Of a stretch of DNA of 64,000 nucleotides, positions 19,797-29,352 are shown piece after piece. The DNA is from Bacteroidota bacterium (lineage in GTDB: Bacteria; Bacteroidota; Bacteroidia; SXHM01): contig CANJWH010000010.1 in NCBI GenBank assembly GCA_947478465.1, positions 991 to 64,990 on the forward strand, in the 5' to 3' direction. The notes beneath the pieces were generated by a model, which worked only from the letters and a program-made list of their open reading frames with translations, was not told where the DNA came from and did not search any database. The position numbers and the translations under genes are program-made. How positions within the stretch are numbered: position 1 is the stretch's first letter; every line of letters begins with the position of its first letter.

Positions 19797-21182
19797 TTAC
19801 ACCATTTTCTTTGGGTCAACCCAAAGATCAAATTGCTCGTTGGTAACTAAGCCCAATTCAATTGCAACCTGACGAAGTGTTTTGTGTTCTTTGTGCGCTT
19901 TCTTCGCAATTTTTGCCGCGTTCTCGTAACCGATATGCGGATTTAATGCAGTAACAAGCATCAGACTTTTCTCCAAATGTTCTTTTATCAGTTCGAGATT
20001 TGGCTCCAGTCCGATTGCACATTTATCATTAAATGAAACACATGCATCACCAATCAATCGGGCTGATTGCAAAACATTGGCAGCAATCACAGGTTTAAAA
20101 ACATTTAGTTCAAAATGTCCTGTTGCACCACCAATTGAAACGGCAACATCATTTCCTATCACTTGTGCGCAAACCATTGTCAATGCTTCAGGTTGTGTAG
20201 GATTAACTTTGCCGGGCATAATAGAAGAACCAGGTTCGTTGTCGGGAATAATTATTTCACCAATTCCTGAGCGAGGACCTGAACTCAACATGCGGATATC
20301 GTTAGCAATTTTCATCAACGAAACTGCTGAGCGTTTCAATGCACCTGATAGCTCAACCATTGCATCATGTGCTGCCAGTGCTTCAAATTTATTAGGTGCA
20401 GTTATAAAAGGAAGCCCTGTTAATTCAGCAATTTTTTTCGCAACCAACACATCATAACCTTTTGGAGCATTCAATCCTGTGCCAACTGCTGTGCCGCCAA
20501 GAGCAAGCTCTTTCACTGCTTCTAACGCATTGTTTAAAGCGCGAATGCTATTATCAATCTGTTGCACGTATCCGGAAATTTCCTGGCCGAGTGTAAGGGG
20601 AGTTGCATCCATAAAATGCGTGCGACCAACTTTTACAATGTCTTTGAAATCCTTTGATTTTGCTGCGAGTGTGTCGCGGAGTTTTTTCATTCCCGGAATA
20701 GTAATTTCTACCACCTGTTTGTATGCCGCAATATGCATGGCAGTTGGGAATGTATCGTTTGAAGATTGTGATTTATTTACATCATCATTCGGATGCAGAA
20801 CTTTTTTCTCGTCTGTTAATTTTCCTCCGCTAAGAACATGAGCGCGATATGCAACTACTTCGTTCACGTTCATGTTGCTTTGTGTTCCGCTTCCTGTTTG
20901 CCAGATTACCAGAGGAAATTCATGGTCAAGTTTCCCTGCAAGAATTTCATCACACACGTTTGCAATCAAATCTTTTTTGTCGGCAGTCAAAACGCCCAAT
21001 TCTGTGTTTGCCATTGCAGCAGCCTTTTTCAGGTAAGCAAAAGCATAAATAATTTCGCGGGGCATGCTTGCCTCAGGACCTATTTTAAAATTGTTGCGTG
21101 AGCGTTCAGTTTGTGCGCCCCAATATTTTTCGGCAGGCACTTTCACCTCGCCCATTGTATCTTTTTCTATTCTGTAGTCCAT
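19797..21182 (-). CDS. fumC: Class II fumarate hydratase
   Basis: [43 protein letters not shown]. Confidence 0.97.
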   Translation of the reverse strand: MDYRIEKDTMGEVKVPAEKYWGAQTERSRNNFKIGPEASMPREIIYAFAYLKKAAAMANTELGVLTADKKDLIANVCDEILAGKLDHEFPLVIWQTGSGTQSNMNVNEVVAYRAHVLSGGKLTDEKKVLHPNDDVNKSQSSNDTFPTAMHIAAYKQVVEITIPGMKKLRDTLAAKSKDFKDIVKVGRTHFMDATPLTLGQEISGYVQQIDNSIRALNNALEAVKELALGGTAVGTGLNAPKGYDVLVAKKIAELTGLPFITAPNKFEALAAHDAMVELSGALKRSAVSLMKIANDIRMLSSGPRSGIGEIIIPDNEPGSSIMPGKVNPTQPEALTMVCAQVIGNDVAVSIGGATGHFELNVFKPVIAANVLQSARLIGDACVSFNDKCAIGLEPNLELIKEHLEKSLMLVTALNPHIGYENAAKIAKKAHKEHKTLRQVAIELGLVTNEQFDLWVDPKKMV

Positions 21183-21292
21183 ATTTTATTTTGTTTTTTG
21201 CGGTGACAAAAGTATCAACTATTCTAATTCATTTTCAACGAATAAAAATTTACTTTTACCCGCTTAAAATCAAAACCTTCTCAGCAAAACAC

Positions 21293-22246
21293 ATGATTGT
21301 TTTGAATAAAAATATTCTATTCCTTGATACTGTTCACATTGCCCTGCGCGATGAATTAAGGAAGCTCGGTTGCCACTGTGAACTGGATGATAAGAGCAGC
21401 AAAGAAGAAATTGAGAAAAAGATTGGAGATTATGATGGTATTGTTGTCCGCAGCCGGATAAAAATTGATGCTGCGCTAATTGACAAAGCAACAAAGCTGA
21501 AATTTATTGCGCGTGCCGGAGCAGGAATGGAAAATATTGACTCGGAATACGCGAAAAAGAAAAAAATAAAATGTATCAATGCACCCGAAGGCAATCGTGA
21601 TGCAGTAGGAGAACATGCTTTGGGTATGTTGCTTTCTTTGATGAATAATCTAAATAAAGCAGATAGGGAAGTGCGTCAGGGAAAATGGCTTCGCGAAGAA
21701 AACCGCGGAACAGAACTGATGTTTAAAACAGTTGGAGTTATTGGCTACGGAAATATGGGAACTGCTTTTGCGCGCAGGCTTCAGAGTTTTAGTGTAATGG
21801 CATTAGCTTTCGATAAATACAAAGAAAACTTTGGCGATGATTTTATTATTGAAACTAACATGGACACCATTTTTGAAGAAGCTGAAGTTGTAAGTCTCCA
21901 TGTTCCGCTTACAGAGGAAACGGAATATTTAGTGGATGATAAATTTCTAAGTCGCTTTAAAAATCCGATTTACCTCATCAATACTTCACGGGGAAAAGTA
22001 GTGAATACACAAGATTTAGTAAAGCACATTAAATCAGGAAAAGTATTAGGAGCTTGCTTAGATGTGTTGGAGTACGAATCTTCATCACTTGAAAAATTAG
22101 AGCCCAAAGATTTGCCACCTGCATTGAAATATCTTTATGAAAGCGATAAGGTAATCCTTTCGCCACATATTGCAGGCTGGACATTTGAAAGCAATCAGCG
22201 TATTTCTTTGGTGCTGGCTGAAAAGATTGCGAAGATTTTGAAATAA
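21293..22246 (+). CDS. D-2-hydroxyacid dehydrogenase (SerA-like)
   Basis: RAGAGMENID, GYGNMG, LHVPL, INTSRG, LDV, SPHIAG. Start moved to ATG 21293 to avoid overlap with fumC. Confidence 0.88.
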   Translation: MIVLNKNILFLDTVHIALRDELRKLGCHCELDDKSSKEEIEKKIGDYDGIVVRSRIKIDAALIDKATKLKFIARAGAGMENIDSEYAKKKKIKCINAPEGNRDAVGEHALGMLLSLMNNLNKADREVRQGKWLREENRGTELMFKTVGVIGYGNMGTAFARRLQSFSVMALAFDKYKENFGDDFIIETNMDTIFEEAEVVSLHVPLTEETEYLVDDKFLSRFKNPIYLINTSRGKVVNTQDLVKHIKSGKVLGACLDVLEYESSSLEKLEPKDLPPALKYLYESDKVILSPHIAGWTFESNQRISLVLAEKIAKILK

Positions 22247-22248
22247 CC

Positions 22249-22311
22249 CGTCACCCTGAACTTGTTTCAGGGTCTCACAAATCAAGATGCTGAAACAAGT
22301 TCAGCATGACG
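22249..22311. repeat. REP doublet, copy 2
   Basis: CGTCACCCTGAACTTGTTTCAGGGTC...GATGCTGAAACAAGTTCAGCATGACG, 2 bp after a stop codon. Confidence 0.88.
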
Positions 22312-22323
22312 AAACAAATAAAT

Positions 22324-23403
22324 ATGGACAAATTACTCTTTACCCCCGGACCTTTAACCACCAGCAAAACAGTTAAAGAAGCCATGCTTCACGATTATGG
22401 TTCGCGCGATTCAAAATTTGTAAACATGGTTCGCGAAGTGCGTGACAAACTTTTGACTCTTGCAGGAGTTTCAAAAGAAAAAGGATATGAAACAGTTATT
22501 GTACAAGGCTCCGGAACATTTGGAATTGAGGCAACTATTTCTTCCTCTGTTCCGCGAGATGGACATTTGCTGATTGTTATCAATGGCGCCTACGGCCATC
22601 GTATGGCTAAAATTTGCAGCGTGCATGGAATAAAACACACTTCACTTGTTTTTGCAGAAAATGAAATTCCAACTATTGAGAAAACAGAAGCTGCCCTGAA
22701 AGACGACAGCAGCATAACACATCTCGCTATTGTTCACAGCGAAACCACCACAGGGATTTTTAACCCGATAAATGAGTTTGGTGCACTTGCCGCAAAGTAT
22801 AGCAAGACTTATATTGTTGATGCCATGAGCAGTTTTGGTGCTGTTCCTGTAAATGTTGCTGAGTTTAATATTGACTTTCTGGTTTCTTCTTCCAACAAGT
22901 GCATTGAAGGAGTTCCCGGTTTTTCTTTCATCATTTCCAAACGTGAAAAATTGATGCAGTGTAAAGGACAAGCAAGAAGTCTTGTGCTTGATATTTTTGC
23001 TCAATGGGAAGGCTTGGAAAATGACGGGCAGTTCCGTTTTACACCACCTACTCATAGCCTTGCAGCTTTTCACAAAGCGCTTGAAGAATTAGAAGTGGAG
23101 GGAGGGGTTTCTGCCCGCTCTGTCCGTTACAAAGAAAATTATCAAACGCTTATTTCAGGAATGCGCAAACTGGGCTTTAAAGAATACCTTGAACCCGAAA
23201 AACAAGGCTATATCATTACATCTTTCTTATATCCGTCAGCAGGTTTTAACTTTAAAGAGTTCTATAATTCACTAAACGAAAAAGGTTTTGTCATTTATCC
23301 GGGCAAACTAACTCAGGCTGATGCATTCCGAATTGGGAATATTGGTCAGCTGTACAAAAAAGATATGGAGGCTTTATTACAAGCGATAGAATCGCTCTTA
23401 TAA
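22324..23403 (+). CDS. phnW: 2-aminoethylphosphonate--pyruvate transaminase
   Basis: LFTPGPLTTS, QGSGTF, NGAYG, HSETTTG, VDAMSSFG, SSSNKCIEGVPG, RFTPPTH, GFVIYPGK. The track start ATG 22306 lies inside the REP. Confidence 0.92.
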   Translation: MDKLLFTPGPLTTSKTVKEAMLHDYGSRDSKFVNMVREVRDKLLTLAGVSKEKGYETVIVQGSGTFGIEATISSSVPRDGHLLIVINGAYGHRMAKICSVHGIKHTSLVFAENEIPTIEKTEAALKDDSSITHLAIVHSETTTGIFNPINEFGALAAKYSKTYIVDAMSSFGAVPVNVAEFNIDFLVSSSNKCIEGVPGFSFIISKREKLMQCKGQARSLVLDIFAQWEGLENDGQFRFTPPTHSLAAFHKALEELEVEGGVSARSVRYKENYQTLISGMRKLGFKEYLEPEKQGYIITSFLYPSAGFNFKEFYNSLNEKGFVIYPGKLTQADAFRIGNIGQLYKKDMEALLQAIESLL

Positions 23404-23544
23404 TTATTAAGTCTTCTTGTCGTTTATACCCGATTCTCGTCATTTAAACGATTAACACCCTAATTGTTAGCAAATTTTAACACCCCCCTTGAACTTTCGG
23501 GCAGGATTATTGTTAATGTTACAACATCATTTAAAAATTACATT

Positions 23545-23691
23545 ATGACTAAGCCGAAAAGAAAAATTAGCAAAACGCCACAAAAGAGGATTAAAGTTCA
23601 GTTGGACTACAAAACCATCATCACTATTAACAGGATGGAATCATTGAAATTGTGGCTCGAAAGATACCCGGAAGCAAAGGTTCTTGCTTAA
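23545..23691 (+). CDS. Small basic hypothetical protein (48 aa)
   Basis: MTKPKRK...IKVQLDYKTIITI...WLERYPEAKV; good A-rich start context. Confidence 0.6.
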   Translation: MTKPKRKISKTPQKRIKVQLDYKTIITINRMESLKLWLERYPEAKVLA

Positions 23692-23824
23692 CAACAAAAA
23701 ATTTATCTGACAGGAAAGCAATTTTGTCATGCTTGACATGCTTCCCAATCTATAATCAGTTCTTGATATAGGTTTCTAAAAATATTTCTTGTTGCTTAAA
23801 GAACTCAGCACAAGATTCTACAGT

Positions 23825-24706
23825 TTAACGTTTTATCAATAACTTACCAGTTGTAATGGTGGTTTCGTTACGGTCAAAAATTCTGTAAAAATAAGTCCCG
23901 TTAATAAGGTTAGTAACGTTTACATCTTGCTTAACTTCGTTAACCTGATAGGTTTCTACCTTTCTTCCAGTTACATCAAAGATTGTAAGGGTTGCTTCCG
24001 TTTTTAAGTTAATAATATGGATAGTATTTTCGGCTGGGTTAGGGCCAAGACCAACTTTTACTTTATTAATGTGATCTTCAATGCCTGTATTATCAAAGTC
24101 AAAGGCTAAATCATCTAAAAATAAAGTTGAACCTTCAAAACCATTAGCGCCTGCACTGGAGATTAACACTAAAACAGCAGTATCGGGATTTTCGGTTGAA
24201 ATGTATTCTATTGAGTCAACAAATTCTTCGTAGCTTGAATTGGTTTGTGTAAATTCAATAATTGTATGTCCTATTGTTTCACGTTGTGTTCCATTCCATT
24301 TACTAAGGGTAACTTCAACAGAGGCTGTATCACCGTTAACCGGGGTATACATAAACCATCCAGACAGAGAGATGGGTCGCTGATTATATGCTATGCCTCC
24401 GCTAATAGTTCCATCAGTATTAATTGTACCTGTTGCGCAAATTCCTGGGGCAACATATTGTGAAATATTTTTAGTTAATAATTTCAGAGCAGTTAATCCA
24501 CCATGTACTTCATTTGAGTTAGTGGTTTTTATTGCTGTGCCGTTCGGTAATATAGATGCTACTAATGAGTTTATTGTTCCCCACCCATTTGGGTCGTCAT
24601 AACCTGGTCCCGCTGTCCAATCTTCAAACCCGGGATTGGGAATAGATTGTGATTTTGTATCAATTGAAAACAAGGCTAATAAAATTACTGGTACTAATTT
24701 TTTCAT
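23825..24706 (-). CDS. T9SS type-A cargo protein with beta-sandwich (PCMD-like) domain
   Basis: Signal peptide, IPNPGFEDW, RPISLSGWFMY, LFLDDL; CTD GPNPA...IFDVTGRK...GTYFY...GKLLIK. Confidence 0.85.
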   Translation of the reverse strand: MKKLVPVILLALFSIDTKSQSIPNPGFEDWTAGPGYDDPNGWGTINSLVASILPNGTAIKTTNSNEVHGGLTALKLLTKNISQYVAPGICATGTINTDGTISGGIAYNQRPISLSGWFMYTPVNGDTASVEVTLSKWNGTQRETIGHTIIEFTQTNSSYEEFVDSIEYISTENPDTAVLVLISSAGANGFEGSTLFLDDLAFDFDNTGIEDHINKVKVGLGPNPAENTIHIINLKTEATLTIFDVTGRKVETYQVNEVKQDVNVTNLINGTYFYRIFDRNETTITTGKLLIKR

Positions 24707-24743
24707 GTTCTTTTTTGTTTGGTATTAAAATTACAGGGATGTT

Positions 24744-26387
24744 TTATTTAATAACTATTCGTTGTACAGATTGATAATTCCCGGCTGAGATTGCGACCAA
24801 GTAGATACCTGCTGCATATTTTTCAGGGAACTCAATTTCATCTAAATAATTTCCTGCGGGTTTATTTTTTTGACTCATCAGAAGTGATTTTTCGCCCAAA
24901 ATGTTAATGAGTTCAACTTTAAGATCTGAAGTAGTTGGTAAAATATAATTCATCGAAATCATATCTGATGCAGGATTTGGGAAGACGCTAACTTTAAGAG
25001 GGTTATTATCAGGATTATCAATACCCGATAACAAGTCTCCATAAATATATTGAAAGCCCATTACCATCATTTCCTCTTCAGAAGTAATGCCCCAGAAAAT
25101 AGTATCAGACGTATAATTTTTATAACGAGCACGGTGAATGAAGCCTAAACGGGGATCTACCTGAAGCAGGTTGTTATCATCAAAAAATTCTAAAGTTCCG
25201 TCAACTCCAAAACGGTGATAACCTACATTAAAACCTTGCTCATAACTATACCAGCTTTCGTATTCCTGAGTACCCATAGTGCCGTCAGGGTTGCGCAGGA
25301 AAATATCGTAATCTGTTCCGTATTTATGAGTATGTCCGTATAGCTGCCATATTTTCCAGTATCTGGTTTCGTTGGTATCGTTTGCTATTTCAATAAATTC
25401 ATGCTCCACATTATCGGGTGGTATTGCAATAGTGAAAACAGGATAATTTCTGATGAGCATAAAATCGGTAGCAGTACCTGTTGGTTGAGTATAGATATTC
25501 ATATACAGGTCGCAAGCCAAAACAGTGTCAGGGTTGGGATTTCTAATATGAAGGTTAAGGTCAAGAATAGAATTTTGTGCCCAGAAATAAGCAGTTGTAG
25601 GTGGTAAATCATATGTCCATACATTGGCACCGGTTCCAATTCCATCCGATACATCAGCATGTGAACTTAGTGCTTCAGGTCTTAAGCCATCATTATAGTT
25701 AGCTGCACCTCCCGGAAAGAATTTATACATTACAAAATGGTGCGTGCTTGGTGGTAACATTGTTTTCACTTTCGGAATTTCAAGATTCGATGTTAAGCGC
25801 AAATCATGTTTGATATAGTAGTAGTCTTCGGTAGCCGGTGGCACCAGAATTTTACCTACATAAATCTGAAATCCGCTGTCGGCCGGAGGAGGCTCATGAG
25901 CAGGATAGGTATCATCTTTTCCGGCACCACTGTAATAAAGATCAATTACAGCATTATCCACAACGTCTCCTGTTTGGGGCGCTCCATGCAATATCCATTG
26001 GCGCACCAGTTCAATATCCTCCTTCGCTAAGGCAGGAAGTCCGCTGGGCATATTATTTCCCTCTGTTCCAGCCAGAGCCATGTGAATATTGTTTTCATTT
26101 AATCCATGTACGATTTTGCGTAAAAGAAAACTGCGGTCAACATATCCGGGTGTTATCAGTTTATCACCTTTTGCTGCTGCTGTTGGATTAACCGGAGTAG
26201 CATTTACCAGGGCAGAATAAAATGCAGATTCAGAAAGTGTAACATTGAACGTTGGTGTTACTCCGCTATGACAACTTGCACCCGCACAGTTAGTTTGCAG
26301 GAGTTGATGAATTTGTGTAAAAGTGCTTTGTGATTTTACACTGATTGAGGTAAAAGCGAAGAAAATTAAGGGTATAAGTTTTCTCAT
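24744..26387 (-). CDS. T9SS cargo: cytochrome c-like domain + copper type II (PHM/DBH-like) monooxygenase domain, paralogue 1
   Basis: CAGASCH, PG...SFL, NMP, IELVRQWILHGA; Cu ligands THHF, NLHI, GHTH, EEM; CTD FPNPA...GIYLV. Confidence 0.8.
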   Translation of the reverse strand: MRKLIPLIFFAFTSISVKSQSTFTQIHQLLQTNCAGASCHSGVTPTFNVTLSESAFYSALVNATPVNPTAAAKGDKLITPGYVDRSFLLRKIVHGLNENNIHMALAGTEGNNMPSGLPALAKEDIELVRQWILHGAPQTGDVVDNAVIDLYYSGAGKDDTYPAHEPPPADSGFQIYVGKILVPPATEDYYYIKHDLRLTSNLEIPKVKTMLPPSTHHFVMYKFFPGGAANYNDGLRPEALSSHADVSDGIGTGANVWTYDLPPTTAYFWAQNSILDLNLHIRNPNPDTVLACDLYMNIYTQPTGTATDFMLIRNYPVFTIAIPPDNVEHEFIEIANDTNETRYWKIWQLYGHTHKYGTDYDIFLRNPDGTMGTQEYESWYSYEQGFNVGYHRFGVDGTLEFFDDNNLLQVDPRLGFIHRARYKNYTSDTIFWGITSEEEMMVMGFQYIYGDLLSGIDNPDNNPLKVSVFPNPASDMISMNYILPTTSDLKVELINILGEKSLLMSQKNKPAGNYLDEIEFPEKYAAGIYLVAISAGNYQSVQRIVIK

Positions 26388-26490
26388 TTAAATGCTGCTA
26401 TTTTGTTGGTTATTATTTTTTTAACAAGGCGAATATACAATTATCTTAATACCTGATACAAATTTGTAACATTTTTAATACCAGTAAAAT

Positions 26491-26524
26491 AAAAAAGCCC
26501 CTCGCTTATAACGAAGGGCTTTTT
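26491..26524. terminator. Intrinsic terminator between the paralogues
   Basis: AAAAAAGCCC...GGGCTTTTT hairpin. Confidence 0.65.
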
Positions 26525-26540
26525 GTATCAAATAAAAGTA

Positions 26541-28196
26541 TTACTCAAAAACAATCTTCGCAGTCTCAACTCCTGCACCTGTTGAAACCGATAAGGTGTA
26601 AAAGCCTGCAGTAAGGTTCAAAGCACTTTTGCTCAGTTGCAGTTTTTGTTTACCCTGTGTAATGTAAACAGATTTGGAATAAACCTCTCTGCCCAGATTA
26701 TCAAACAGGCGGATAAAACCCTGTTCAGGTTTTTCGCTGTTGAACGATAAGTTAACCACATCGCCCGAAGGATTAGGATACACATTAAAATAATTGAAAG
26801 GGCTGTTTTCTTCTTTCACACCAATAGTAACAGGTTCGGTGGTGTATTGCATATAGGTTACATACATTTCATCGGTAGTTCTTAATCCAAAACCAATGGT
26901 GTCGGGTCCGGGATTATTAAAAACTGCCTCATGGATAAGTCCGTTGGTAAAATCAACTGGCTGCAAAGGGTCAAAGGTTCTGAAAGGCGGGTGCGACCAA
27001 TCATAATACCCCTGATTAAAGGTGTATTCAACATTGTAATTTCCGTCATAAATATGCTCGCCTTTTGTTCCGTCTGAGTTTCGCATCCATACATCAAACT
27101 GTTTTCCGCGCGCATGGGTATGAGCCATTATAGACCAGATGTAATGTGTGTAGGCGGTGTCAACTTCAAACTGGTTAATCACTAACGTGGTGTCAGTTGC
27201 TGTTGGTAAAAGGTGGAGGTTAAGCGGGTCGCTGCCACCATAATAAACCGGATTCGAAAGCATTTCGGTCTGAGCGGTTCCCATGGTTTGGGTATATACG
27301 TTCATATATATTTCGGCTGGCAAAATAGAGTCGGCATTGTAGTTGGGGATGTGATAGTTAATATCCAGAACGGTGCTGTCCTGCCAGGTAAAAGCAGTGC
27401 CTTCGGGAAGTACCAAATCCTGACTGTTGGGCCACTGACCCAAAATACTGCTGGCATAATAAACACCGGCAGCATCTAAAATAGAATTCACAGGTCTAAG
27501 TCCCGGATTGAAAAATGATTCAAGCCCGTCATTGTATTTATATAAAGCCGTGTGGTGCGAGTATTCGTTGATTTCGGTTCTAACACGATACACTTCTTTT
27601 CCTTCAATCATTTTGGTCTCGTATTTATAAAATACTTCTTGCTCGGTTGAAGGCAATACAAAGAATGGTCCGTAGTGTATCTGGTAACCTTCAGATGGGT
27701 CTGGTGCGGCAAGTGGTGTAATTCTTGGCATCCCCTGTCCGCCATAGAAATCAGCTAATGTTTGTGTATTTACATAATGATTGGTGTCACCTGCTCCCCA
27801 AAGTATCCATTGGCGAATCAATTCTATTTGATCATCAGGTAACTGATTTAAGTTGCTTGGCATTGGATTTCCCATTTGGTTGGTAAGGTAATTAACCCCG
27901 GGATCAATGTCGTGTGCTACTTTTCTGAATAGAAAACTTCTGTCAGGATAACCCGGATCAACTAATTTATAACCTTCGGTGATTGCAGCAGGGTTTATAG
28001 GGTTAACATTTATAAGACGCTGGTAAACCTCAGCAGTTGTGCCAGATAAATTCAGCTGCCCTGAAGGACTGCCTCCGCTGTGACAGCCAGTAGCGCATTT
28101 AAGCTGAAAAATAGCATGCACTTCGTCAAAAGTAGATTGAGCAAAAAGTGAAAAAGGCAAAACAAAAGAAGCAAAAAGTAAAGATTTAAATTTCAT
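26541..28196 (-). CDS. T9SS cargo: cytochrome c-like domain + copper type II monooxygenase domain, paralogue 2
   Basis: CATGCH, PGYPDRSFL, PMP, IELIRQWILWGA; Cu ligands SHHT, NYHI, AHTH, DEM; CTD YPNP...GFYTL. Confidence 0.8.
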   Translation of the reverse strand: MKFKSLLFASFVLPFSLFAQSTFDEVHAIFQLKCATGCHSGGSPSGQLNLSGTTAEVYQRLINVNPINPAAITEGYKLVDPGYPDRSFLFRKVAHDIDPGVNYLTNQMGNPMPSNLNQLPDDQIELIRQWILWGAGDTNHYVNTQTLADFYGGQGMPRITPLAAPDPSEGYQIHYGPFFVLPSTEQEVFYKYETKMIEGKEVYRVRTEINEYSHHTALYKYNDGLESFFNPGLRPVNSILDAAGVYYASSILGQWPNSQDLVLPEGTAFTWQDSTVLDINYHIPNYNADSILPAEIYMNVYTQTMGTAQTEMLSNPVYYGGSDPLNLHLLPTATDTTLVINQFEVDTAYTHYIWSIMAHTHARGKQFDVWMRNSDGTKGEHIYDGNYNVEYTFNQGYYDWSHPPFRTFDPLQPVDFTNGLIHEAVFNNPGPDTIGFGLRTTDEMYVTYMQYTTEPVTIGVKEENSPFNYFNVYPNPSGDVVNLSFNSEKPEQGFIRLFDNLGREVYSKSVYITQGKQKLQLSKSALNLTAGFYTLSVSTGAGVETAKIVFE

Positions 28197-28327
28197 TTAA
28201 TTTAGGGTGTTAGAACGAACCAAAAGTATGAATTTATAACTATGGTAACGTTTTACAGCAATAAAAAACCAAAATTCAGAAACTTGTTTACATTTGCCAG
28301 CACATTAACCACAAAAAACAAAAAATA

Positions 28328-29194
28328 ATGATTAAAAAATTACTCTCAATTACATCAATCGCTTTGGTTTCTGTTTTTACAGTAACAGCTCAAACAACTA
28401 TTCCAAACGCAAATTTTGAAACATGGTCTGGCAGCAATGCTACCAGCTGGAACAACCTTAATGGTGTTGCTCCGGGTTCTTGCACAAAAGCAACCGCACC
28501 TGCCGATATTCACGGAGGTTCTGCTGCAATTATCCTTAAAACATTATCGGTATTCGGAAACACAGCTCCCGGAACAGCAGCTACAGGTACTATTAACCTT
28601 TTAGCACAAACTGTTACTGGTGGAACACCATTTACTGCCCGCCCTGATTCATTAACAGGCTGGTATAAATATGTTCCTCAAGGCAATGATGCCGGAAACA
28701 TTGTTGGTATTCTTTTAACTGCTGACCCTGCAAGAGATACCATTGCAACTGCTGTTTTCTTTCCTTCCGGGACAGTAAGCACATATACCTATTTTAAAGC
28801 GGCATTTGAATACCGTTTGCCGGATGTACCAACTCAGGCTCTTTTCATTATGGCATCTAGTGGTGCAAGCGGTGGAGTAGTAAACACCCTTATGTATGTT
28901 GACGATTTAGGTGTTGTATATAACCCATCTGTAGGTGTTGATGAAGCTACTGCAACAAAAGATATTTCAGTTTACCCTAACCCGGTTTCTGATAATCTGA
29001 ATGTTAACATGGCGGGTATTCAAGGTGCAAGCGTTTCAATTTTTGACATCACCGGCAAAAAAGTTGCTCAGCAAATCCTGACCGAAAAACTAAACAGTGT
29101 TAACGTTGCTTCATTGGCAAACGGAATGTACGTTTACCAGGTAAACAGCAACACAAACGGTACTTTGAAAACAGGTAAGTTTATTGTGAAATAA
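28328..29194 (+). CDS. T9SS type-A cargo protein, paralogue of 23825-24706
   Basis: IPNANFETW, HGG...LKT...APG, RPDSLTGWYKY, MYVDDL; CTD YPNPV...IFDITGKK...GKFIVK. Confidence 0.85.
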   Translation: MIKKLLSITSIALVSVFTVTAQTTIPNANFETWSGSNATSWNNLNGVAPGSCTKATAPADIHGGSAAIILKTLSVFGNTAPGTAATGTINLLAQTVTGGTPFTARPDSLTGWYKYVPQGNDAGNIVGILLTADPARDTIATAVFFPSGTVSTYTYFKAAFEYRLPDVPTQALFIMASSGASGGVVNTLMYVDDLGVVYNPSVGVDEATATKDISVYPNPVSDNLNVNMAGIQGASVSIFDITGKKVAQQILTEKLNSVNVASLANGMYVYQVNSNTNGTLKTGKFIVK

Positions 29195-29198
29195 ATTC

Positions 29199-29226
29199 CG
29201 TCATTCCGAACTTGTTTCGGAATCTC
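29199..29226. repeat. Single REP unit with compensatory stem changes
   Basis: CGTCATTCCGAACTTGTTTCGGAATCTC: same tail and loop as the other REPs, with a TTCC/GGAA stem. Confidence 0.75.
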
Positions 29227-29238
29227 AGATGTTAAACG

Positions 29239-29279
29239 AAAACAAAAAGGGAGCCGAATTTCGGTTCCCTTTTTGTTTT
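29239..29279 (+). terminator. Intrinsic terminator
   Basis: AAAACAAAAAGGGAGCCGAA-T-TTCGGTTCCCTTTTTGTTTT. Confidence 0.8.
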
Positions 29280-29352
29280 GTCATAATCCATATCTTTGCA
29301 ACAAAATAACCCTGTAGTTGTTATACTGTTATAAATTTTAAACCAAAATAAA

